From NCBI GenBank assembly GCA_945928645.1, contig CAMENR010000001.1, forward strand, positions 33,439 to 97,438: 64,000 nucleotides of DNA, given 5' to 3'. Below, piece after piece: positions 56,683 through 64,000 of the stretch (positions are counted from its first letter, which is position 1; every line of letters starts with the position of its first letter). The notes beneath the pieces are model-generated. The model was given only the letters and a program-made list of their open reading frames with translations, made no database searches and was not told the DNA's origin. Origin of the DNA: an uncultured Clostridia bacterium. GTDB lineage: Bacteria > Bacillota > Clostridia > Christensenellales > UBA1242. The translations under genes and the position numbers were made by a program.

Positions 56683-56798
56683 ACTTTTATAAATATGCTC
56701 TTTGCTGCCAAAATAAAACAAAATTCAACAAAAGTTTATTGACTGGCTATGGAATATAATCATTATTGTTGGGCAATCTACAATAAAGGTGATAAAAA

Positions 56799-57578
56799 AT
56801 GTCCAATAGAGTTGATATATGTGGATTAAACACATCAAATATTCCAAAATTGTCCTCAACTGAGGTTGCCAATCTTATGAAAAGGTTGAAATCCGGGGAC
56901 AAAGAGGCACGAGAAATGTTTCTATATTCAAATATGAGGCTGGTATTGAGTGTTGTAAAGCGCTTCGCTAACAAAAGCGATAATATAGACGACATTTTCC
57001 AGGTAGGTTTTGTTGGGCTGATAAAGGCTATGGATAATTTTGATGAAAAATTTAATGTCAAATTCTCAACTTATGCTGTCCCTATGATAATTGGAGAGAT
57101 TAGAAGGTTTGTTAGAGATAATTCTGCAGTTAGGGTAAGTAGAAGTTTGAGAGATATAGCATATAAGGCATTGCAAGCAAGAGAAAGACTTTCTAGAACA
57201 AATTCAAATGAGCCAAACATTGAACAAATTGCAACAGAAGCAAATCTCTCTACAAGGCAAATATTAACTGCCCTCGATGCCATATCTGAGCCTATATCAC
57301 TCTTTGACCCAGTATATAATGATAGTTCAGAAAACGTTATGATTATGGACCAAATAAAAGATATAAAGAATACCAGTGAAGAATTTATAGACCACGTAGT
57401 TTTAAAAGAAGCACTAAATAATCTTGGTATGCGAGAAAAGGAGATACTTTGGTTAAGGTATTACTTAGGCAAAACTCAAATAGAAATAAGCAATCAAGTA
57501 GGTATATCTCAAGCCCAGGTAAGCAGGCTTGAAAAAAATGCTCTGGAAGAGATTAAAAAGGATTTTTTTAGTCAATAA
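56799..57578 (+). CDS. sigG: forespore sigma factor SigG
   Basis: VDICGLNTSNIPKL, NMRLVLSVVKRF, DDIFQVGFVGLIKAMDNFD, VKFSTYAVPMIIGEIRRFVRDNSAVRVSRSLRDIAYKA and ISQAQVSRLEK are near-identical to the corresponding blocks of B. subtilis SigG. Confidence 0.9.
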   Translation: MSNRVDICGLNTSNIPKLSSTEVANLMKRLKSGDKEAREMFLYSNMRLVLSVVKRFANKSDNIDDIFQVGFVGLIKAMDNFDEKFNVKFSTYAVPMIIGEIRRFVRDNSAVRVSRSLRDIAYKALQARERLSRTNSNEPNIEQIATEANLSTRQILTALDAISEPISLFDPVYNDSSENVMIMDQIKDIKNTSEEFIDHVVLKEALNNLGMREKEILWLRYYLGKTQIEISNQVGISQAQVSRLEKNALEEIKKDFFSQ

Positions 57579-57699
57579 ATATGTTTTTGGGGATATTTTT
57601 ACTATAATTTAATACTTAAAATAGTTTTATCTTTACATTTAATATTTTACTTTTGTATTTAATTATATATTATTTGCAAAATATAAACTTGATAATATG

Positions 57700-58458
57700 T
57701 TATCCAATATTAGCCTTTTGCAAATCTTTTTTTAGTTTGGAAAGGATTTTCTTCTCTATCCTAGAGATGTAACTTTGCGAAATCCCCAACATATCTGCCA
57801 CTTCTTTTTGGGTGCTTTCTTCATCTCCATTCAACCCAAACCTTAATTCCATAATTTTCTGTTCCCTGTCATTAAGCCTTCTTATTGCTTCCCACAGCAG
57901 AGCCTTTTCTCCGTTTTTTTCCAATGCTCCACTGGCAGTTTCTTCATCATTTTCTAATACATCACTCAACAAAAGCTCGTTGCCATCTTTGTCAAAATTA
58001 AGTGGTTCATCAAGACTAACCTCTGCCATTTGCCTAGATTTCTTCCTAATAAACATCAAAATTTCATTCTCTATACAACGAGAGGCATAAGTAGCCAGTT
58101 TAATATTCTTTTCCACATCAAAAGATTGCACTGCCTTAATAAGGCCCACTGCTCCCACAGAGATTAAGTCGTCAAGTTCTGCCCCTGTATTGTCAAATTT
58201 CTTTGCTATATAAACTACTAATCTTAAGTTATGCTCTATCAGTTCTGCTCTGGCATTTTCATCTTTTTTTCTTAACCTATCAAGCAGTTTTTCCTCCTCA
58301 TCTTGTGAGAGTGCTTGTGGCAAAACTTCCTTACCACTTACATAGGCAATTAATTTTTCTTTTATATCCAAAAATTCTAAATTAAAAATTCGTTTTATAA
58401 AATTCCTAATCTTTCTACAAAGAGAATTTCCTAAGTTGTTATTTTTATACTTTTTCAT
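57700..58458 (-). CDS. sigE: pro-sigma-E (mother-cell sigma factor)
   Basis: N-terminal pro-sequence, then [50 protein letters not shown] and [16 protein letters not shown] match SigE. Confidence 0.9.
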   Translation of the reverse strand: MKKYKNNNLGNSLCRKIRNFIKRIFNLEFLDIKEKLIAYVSGKEVLPQALSQDEEEKLLDRLRKKDENARAELIEHNLRLVVYIAKKFDNTGAELDDLISVGAVGLIKAVQSFDVEKNIKLATYASRCIENEILMFIRKKSRQMAEVSLDEPLNFDKDGNELLLSDVLENDEETASGALEKNGEKALLWEAIRRLNDREQKIMELRFGLNGDEESTQKEVADMLGISQSYISRIEKKILSKLKKDLQKANIG

Positions 58459-58477
58459 AAAGATTCTCCTTTTAACA

Positions 58478-59290
58478 CTACAGAGCCAATGGACTCAAAA
58501 GCCCCTGACAATCTTTTTTTGCAAAGCCAAAATTACCAAAGCCAACCAATGCATGCAACTCCTTGTATGACATTTTATTTTCCTTGGAATATATTCCATC
58601 AATTTCACAAACAAACATCTTACCTTCTCCATATGTTGTCTGACATGATATGTATCTACCATTTAATTTTCTTTCTAATTTTTTTTGTAAAACATCAACC
58701 ACAGACACCCTTTCTTCAAATATTTTCAAAAAAGTATCCAAATCCAAAACTAAAATGGGCAAACCAGTGGTGCTGTCTTGCAACAAATTGCCACTATCTA
58801 AATATGCGGTAATGTCATAGTCCCTCCCCATAAAAACAAGCCTTAGGTTGTAATAAAAATTGCTAATTTTCCTCTTTTTATAAAATTGTTGAATAACCTT
58901 TTTACAGCAAAAATAACAAACGAATAAAAACCCAATAAGTAGATTTCCAGAAATTCTCCACTCAAAAAGTCTTGATATTCCCTGCCCAATGCCAGTATAT
59001 AAGTATTTGAATAAAATAAAACTCAAAATAAACAAAGGAAGGTTCTTTTCTTTTTCCTTTCCTAACGAAAGAAAACAAACAAATATGCTTGTAGTAAGAT
59101 TTACCAAGAAGTTTAATCCCCCTACAACCTTAATAATGGCGAAAAATACAATAAATACACTGCCAATAATGCTTGATGGCAAATCAAAAAAGATTTGTTT
59201 TTTTTCTTTTGTGATGCTTTTTGCACTGGATAGTGCGAAAAATAACAAGATAAAATTTTGCAAGAAACTATCTTCAATATAAATTTCCAT
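58478..59290 (-). CDS. spoIIGA: sigma-E processing peptidase SpoIIGA
   Basis: Five N-terminal TM spans and the aspartic-protease motif [18 protein letters not shown]. Sits directly upstream of sigE. Confidence 0.8.
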   Translation of the reverse strand: MEIYIEDSFLQNFILLFFALSSAKSITKEKKQIFFDLPSSIIGSVFIVFFAIIKVVGGLNFLVNLTTSIFVCFLSLGKEKEKNLPLFILSFILFKYLYTGIGQGISRLFEWRISGNLLIGFLFVCYFCCKKVIQQFYKKRKISNFYYNLRLVFMGRDYDITAYLDSGNLLQDSTTGLPILVLDLDTFLKIFEERVSVVDVLQKKLERKLNGRYISCQTTYGEGKMFVCEIDGIYSKENKMSYKELHALVGFGNFGFAKKDCQGLLSPLAL

Positions 59291-59456
59291 ATATACATAA
59301 TACCTGTTTATCTAAATCAAAACAATGGGAATAAAAGGTTATAAAAAGAAAAAATGACTCCTTTTGTCTTAAAGAATCATTTTTATTAAATATATAAACA
59401 ACTGAAAAAATATCTAGTGCAAATAGATTTTAATCCGTTGCACTTATAGCAAGCAA

Positions 59457-60620
59457 TTACTTTCTCCTAAGCCTACTCAAAAAAGCAGGAAGTTCCTCAT
59501 TTGATTGTTCTATCTGCACTCTTGATGTTGGGGTTCCTTGTTCTGTAGGTTCTTCTGGCTCTGTTCTTTGAGGTTGCTCTTGTTTTTCTTCATTAAAGAA
59601 GAATTTGTCAAAGTTCATTTTTGGCAGGTTGAGTTCTGTAGCATTTTCTTTTGGAATATTTGCAACTCGTTGTTGATTAAATCCTGTGGCAATAACTGTT
59701 ATTTCCACTTCTTCATTTAGGGTATCATCAACACCAGCACCAAAGATTATATTGCAATTTTCATCAACCACATCTCTTACCAATTCGGCTGCCTCATTTA
59801 CTTCATCTAGAGATAGGTCCAACCCTCCCTTTACATTGAGCAAAATACCTGTTGCCCCCTCAATATTAGTTTCTAGCAATGGGCTTTGAACTGCTTGTCT
59901 TACTGCATCAATAGTCTTGTTATCACCCTTTCCATGTCCAATGCCCATATGAGCAAGGCCTTTGTCTTTCATAATAGTCTTTACATCTGCAAAGTCCAAA
60001 TTGATAAGACTTGGGGTAACAATGAGGTCGGATATTCCCTGGATACCTTGTCTTAACACATCATCAGCACAGCGGAAAGCCTCAACTATAGGAGTGCCTT
60101 TTGGGACAATCTTCAACAATTTATCATTTGGAATAATAACAAGTGTATCAACAAATTTTTTGAGATTGGCAATACCTTTTTCGGCATTGTCCATCCTTCT
60201 TCTGCCCTCGAAGTTGAATGGCTTTGTAACGACAGCAATCGTCAAGATATCTAACTCTTTTGCAACTTGAGCAACAACTGGCGCTGCACCTGTTCCTGTG
60301 CCACCACCCATACCAGCAGTAATAAAGACAAGATCGCAACCCTTAAGCATCTCTGTAATAACTGCTTTGCTTTCTTCTGCTGCTTTTTGACCAATTTCTG
60401 GATCTGCTCCTGCACCAAGTCCACGAGTCAATTTCTCACCTATTTGGATACGGTGAGTTGCCTTGCTCATCAGCAATGCCTGCTTGTCCGTATTTATTGC
60501 AACGAATTCAGCGCTGGTTATATTTGCAGCCACCATTCTGTTAACTGCATTGTTGCCACCACCACCAATTCCTACCACCTTAATATTAGCTATTTGACTT
60601 ATGCTGTTTGAACTATACAT
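59457..60620 (-). CDS. ftsZ: cell division protein FtsZ
   Basis: [24 protein letters not shown] and the tubulin signature [13 protein letters not shown]. Confidence 0.95.
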   Translation of the reverse strand: MYSSNSISQIANIKVVGIGGGGNNAVNRMVAANITSAEFVAINTDKQALLMSKATHRIQIGEKLTRGLGAGADPEIGQKAAEESKAVITEMLKGCDLVFITAGMGGGTGTGAAPVVAQVAKELDILTIAVVTKPFNFEGRRRMDNAEKGIANLKKFVDTLVIIPNDKLLKIVPKGTPIVEAFRCADDVLRQGIQGISDLIVTPSLINLDFADVKTIMKDKGLAHMGIGHGKGDNKTIDAVRQAVQSPLLETNIEGATGILLNVKGGLDLSLDEVNEAAELVRDVVDENCNIIFGAGVDDTLNEEVEITVIATGFNQQRVANIPKENATELNLPKMNFDKFFFNEEKQEQPQRTEPEEPTEQGTPTSRVQIEQSNEELPAFLSRLRRK

Positions 60621-60669
60621 ATTTTATCCCTCCATAAATGTATAATTATAATTTGTCCAATACATATTT

Positions 60670-61785
60670 TTATTTGCCTTGTGATAAAGCATAATTTAAC
60701 ACCGACATAGAAGACGAATTATTTGGTTTGTTAAGCCCAGAGTATGGCATCTGAGCAATCAAAACATTTTTGCCAATGTTTTTGGCTATGACATCTTTTG
60801 CCCCTTTGATAAAAGACAACCCCCCACCTGTAAGATACAGTGGAATAAAATCTGGAAAATTGTATTGCCAACTTTCAAAACACTTGAGGATTCCCTTTGC
60901 AATCACTTCCACCCTACTTTCTACTATAGCATTGGCAACTCTCATAGATACAGGGGTCACTGTGCCATCAATAACAATATCATAGTTATCATTTTCTTCA
61001 GGCTTTATGCATAGCACAATTTTTCTATTAAGACTTTCAGCAGAAGAAAAAGGAATCCGTAAACATCTTGCCAGGTCTGCAGAAATATATCCACCACCCA
61101 TAGAAAAACTGCTTAAACAAAGCACCCCTCTACCTCGAACTAGTGCAACTGTGGTTGTTATATACCCACAATCAACAAACAAAACATACTTATCTCTTTC
61201 GGCTTCATCAAAAAGATACAATGCTTGCGTATAGGCAGAAGATACAAAACCAAATTTTTCTACATTAGTCTTTATTAGTGCTTTAGAAATCTGGCCAAGA
61301 AATTTGTTGCTTGCCAAAACAAATGACAAACAAGCAGTAATCTTGTAATCTACTAGCCCAACAGGGTCAGATACACGGTTATTTTCGCCCAAGACATAGT
61401 AAACAGCATCTCTACTTATAACAGTATGGGTTTTATATTCCAGTTTCACTGCCGAAAACAAATTTTCGACATCTCTATTTGTTATGCGTTTTGGCTTCCC
61501 AAAATTTTGGCAAACATTCTTGCAAACACAAAAACAAAATTCAGTTGGGATACCAACCATAATTTTTTTTATCTTGCAACCAGTTATCCTCTCTGCTCCT
61601 GCAACCGCCTCAATAATGGCTCGTTCAAATTTAGAAGGCTCTAGCAGTTCGCCATCGGCAAAGCCCTCATAATTCTCACTGTATGAGCCACGAATATTTA
61701 TTGTTTTATTTACATCTTGGCTCCCCACAAGCACTGTGATAGACTTGCTACCTATGTCCAAAATTGCTACCTCTTTTTGAGACAT
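60670..61785 (-). CDS. ftsA: FtsA-like actin-fold cell division protein (short form)
   Basis: AILDIGSKSITVLVG and VDCGYITTTVALV are ASKHA phosphate motifs. Sits immediately upstream of ftsZ. At 371 aa I see no obvious C-terminal amphipathic helix. Confidence 0.75.
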   Translation of the reverse strand: MSQKEVAILDIGSKSITVLVGSQDVNKTINIRGSYSENYEGFADGELLEPSKFERAIIEAVAGAERITGCKIKKIMVGIPTEFCFCVCKNVCQNFGKPKRITNRDVENLFSAVKLEYKTHTVISRDAVYYVLGENNRVSDPVGLVDYKITACLSFVLASNKFLGQISKALIKTNVEKFGFVSSAYTQALYLFDEAERDKYVLFVDCGYITTTVALVRGRGVLCLSSFSMGGGYISADLARCLRIPFSSAESLNRKIVLCIKPEENDNYDIVIDGTVTPVSMRVANAIVESRVEVIAKGILKCFESWQYNFPDFIPLYLTGGGLSFIKGAKDVIAKNIGKNVLIAQMPYSGLNKPNNSSSMSVLNYALSQGK

Positions 61786-61973
61786 TTTTCCTTAGTGTTT
61801 ATTCTCCTTTACAATGTTAATTATACATTTAAGTCTTTTTTCTTGTCAAACATTTTGAGTATATTTTATTTATTATTTAAGATATTTTTCGCCATTTTTT
61901 TGTGCCAATAACCATTGTCAAAATTTCTGTTGCATTAGCAACACAACAGTAAAAACAATATTTGTTATTATAG

Positions 61974-63137
61974 TCAGTCAAAAAATCCAGACAAATCTAA
62001 TAGGCCAAACCCTTCTTCGTTCTGATTGCCAGAAATCTTTTTACAATTCGATAGTAGTCTTACCTTAATGTAATCTGGCGATAGATTGGGAAATTTTGAA
62101 CAAATTAGCATACAAATACCCGCAATCATTGGAGTTGCAACACTTGTTCCACTCATTTGACTATATAATTTTTCATCCCCAAAATGTCCCCCTGTTATAT
62201 TCACAGCAGGGGCAGTTAGGTCTGGCTTAAAAAATCTTCCCGCTGGTCCACGTGAGGAGAAGTTAGCAACAGCAAATTGACTTCTGTCAAAAGTTCCCTC
62301 TTTGTTTCTATTGTCGTCTATTCCACCCACAGTTATTATTTGACTAGAAAACCCAGGCGACTTTATAGTTTCTCCCTCAGGGCCACTGTTCCCTGCGGCA
62401 GCAACAACCACTATCCCTTGCCTCCACAAAGCCTCTGCTCCCACAACCAATGGGTCATTTCGTCCAATGGGGTTGCTTCCAAAACTCATACAAACAACTC
62501 TTATATCAAACTTTTTGTGATTGTCACTAACCCACTGCATTGCTTCCAATATTTTATCTGCACCAGCCTCTCCATTTTCAGCCAAAGCTTTTATCGCAAC
62601 TATATCGCTTTTTGGAGATACTCCACAATATTTCCCTCCACTAGCAAATCCATTGCCACAAGCGATGCTGGCGACAAAAGTTCCATGCCCATTGTCGTCA
62701 TAAGGGGTTGATTTGTTGTTGATTAAGTCAACAAACTGCACAATGCGGTTATGTATCAAGCAAAAGTCAATGTGCGGGCTGATGCCTGTATCTATTATTG
62801 CAATTCTACCACCTTTTCCCCAGCAATCTCTTTCGTATAGAGTGTCTAATGATAAAATTTTTTTGGATACATCAATCAACGCCGATACTTTTGCCTGTTT
62901 TGAAATAAAATTAACCATATTTGTTCTAGCAAAATGGACAATCTGACTAGATGTAAGGCTTGCTCCAAAGGCACTAATAAAGGGATAGGATTTTATCTTT
63001 ATCCCTAACCTTTCTGCCTCACACAATGCTTGACTAAAATATCTTGTATAAACAATGCAATCATTCTTTGTTTCATCCTTTCCCATTTGTGCCACTTTTA
63101 GTAGTTCTGGGCAAATTTTGCTTAAATAATTACTCAT
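61974..63137 (-). CDS. subtilisin-family (S8) serine protease, no signal peptide
   Basis: Catalytic triad blocks IAIIDTGI, HGTFVAS and SGTSVATPMIAG, with an N-terminal about 100-aa prodomain-like region. Confidence 0.85.
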   Translation of the reverse strand: MSNYLSKICPELLKVAQMGKDETKNDCIVYTRYFSQALCEAERLGIKIKSYPFISAFGASLTSSQIVHFARTNMVNFISKQAKVSALIDVSKKILSLDTLYERDCWGKGGRIAIIDTGISPHIDFCLIHNRIVQFVDLINNKSTPYDDNGHGTFVASIACGNGFASGGKYCGVSPKSDIVAIKALAENGEAGADKILEAMQWVSDNHKKFDIRVVCMSFGSNPIGRNDPLVVGAEALWRQGIVVVAAAGNSGPEGETIKSPGFSSQIITVGGIDDNRNKEGTFDRSQFAVANFSSRGPAGRFFKPDLTAPAVNITGGHFGDEKLYSQMSGTSVATPMIAGICMLICSKFPNLSPDYIKVRLLSNCKKISGNQNEEGFGLLDLSGFFD

Positions 63138-63172
63138 TTTATTCGTCCATTATTTTTAATAATTTATTCAAA

Positions 63173-63481
63173 TTATTCGTCCAATTTCTTTAATAATTCA
63201 TTCAAAAAGTTCTTTTGATTATTATCTAAATAAGGAGATAAAAGACCTGCCATATTGGCAAGTTTTTCATGTGTTAATTCCCCATTTTGTAACTTTTGCT
63301 TGGACGCAGATAAAAATTCTCTCGTCAAATCTTCTTGTGACATATCTTTATATTTGTTATAGACCTCCTCTGCTGATTCTATTCTCTCCCTCTGCAAATT
63401 ATCAGAATTTTTAATAATTTCCTCTTCCATTTTTTTTATATCAATATTTTCCTTTGCAAAATCGGATAAGTTTTTTGCCAT
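63173..63481 (-). CDS. hypothetical small helical protein
   Basis: ATG 63481 lies behind GGAGGA; the track's ATG 63493 overlaps that SD. No motif recognised. Confidence 0.5.
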   Translation of the reverse strand: MAKNLSDFAKENIDIKKMEEEIIKNSDNLQRERIESAEEVYNKYKDMSQEDLTREFLSASKQKLQNGELTHEKLANMAGLLSPYLDNNQKNFLNELLKKLDE

Positions 63482-63698
63482 TTTATCCTCCACATATACT
63501 ATCTCAATATATGCTTAATACTCTGTCTTTGTTAAAAACTCTCCTTTTTTACAACACTATTTACAAAATACTATTTGTAAAACTACATCAATAGAAATAT
63601 TAATTTATTATTTGTTTATTCACCCCAAAAAAAATCTTAGTAAAATATTATAAAATATCCAATGCACATTTTTATCCAAATATTCATAATAGAAAGAG

Positions 63699-64000
63699 AT
63701 GAATAATAAAAAAGAAAATCCCCCAAAAGAGTATAATATTGATGTTACATCAATCTATCCACAAACATATATAGACGGGACAAAACTAAAAGATTTCAGC
63801 TGTCAAAACTGCGATGCATCTTCTTGTCAAAACTGTCAATGCAACTACAATTTATCACAACAAACAGAGATGAACGAACAAAATGTCCCTGCAAATTCTC
63901 CTAATATGCAAGACCTATTGCCACTTCTATTGCAATCGCTTGGTAGCAAAACAGATATCTCCTCTCTTATGCCTCTAATAAGCAAATTTAGCCAAAATAT
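63699..64000 (+). CDS. partial ORF (3' end outside the window), small Cys/Gln/Asn-rich protein
   Basis: ATG 63699 lies after AGAAAGAG. It translates MNNKKENPPKEYNIDVTSIYPQTYIDGTKLKDFSCQNCDASSCQNCQCNYNLSQQ... and is open to the window end. Absent from the ORF track because no stop is reached. Confidence 0.4.
   Translation, partial: MNNKKENPPKEYNIDVTSIYPQTYIDGTKLKDFSCQNCDASSCQNCQCNYNLSQQTEMNEQNVPANSPNMQDLLPLLLQSLGSKTDISSLMPLISKFSQN

Noticed and set aside
56722-56798. Inverted repeats flanking sigG, and a sigma-F/G promoter upstream of it
   Set aside because: Only an 8-mer (AAGTTTAT) is shared in inverted orientation with 57579-57699, which is expected by chance in AT-rich DNA. GAATA...CAATCTACAATA resembles forespore promoters only loosely, so I do not call it.

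Overview
64-kb chromosomal window from a low-GC, endospore-forming Firmicute, probably a Clostridia-like anaerobe. All functional calls come from motif-level reading of the supplied translations and the DNA; no database search or folding was possible. Most of the window is core genes in co-directional blocks. These include aminoacyl-tRNA synthetases (3' part of glnS, pheST behind a Phe T-box, serS, glyQS), nifZ-thiI, rny, lexA, pta-ackA, fhs, der-plsY, feoAB, nrdR and ftsA-ftsZ. Sporulation genes are unusually dense: spoVAC-spoVAD-spoVAE, yunB, ylbJ, spoIVA, a ylmC/ymxH-like gene, spoIIGA-sigE and sigG. There are three tRNAs (Leu-CAA, Val-CAC, Trp-CCA). I recognised no rRNA, CRISPR array, transposase or prophage. 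Items worth a second look: (1) an orphan, lower-GC two-gene cassette (627-aa helical protein plus an HExxH protein) abutting tRNA-Leu; (2) a 10 x 14-bp tandem array with a 42-bp higher-order period; (3) a 721-aa lipoprotein with a roughly 385-residue Asn/Gln-rich prion-like tract; (4) a possible Pol-beta/SMODS-like nucleotidyltransferase with an ExE motif fused to the serS operon, followed by an 880-bp ORF-free region that carries a repeated T(A/T)TGCAAA motif and a perfect 15-bp hairpin; (5) a membrane-anchored PadR regulator operonic with an ABC transporter; (6) sigG inverted relative to spoIIGA-sigE; (7) an apparently leaderless nifZ; (8) a truncated YolD-like micro-ORF after a Y-family polymerase that the ORF track misses.
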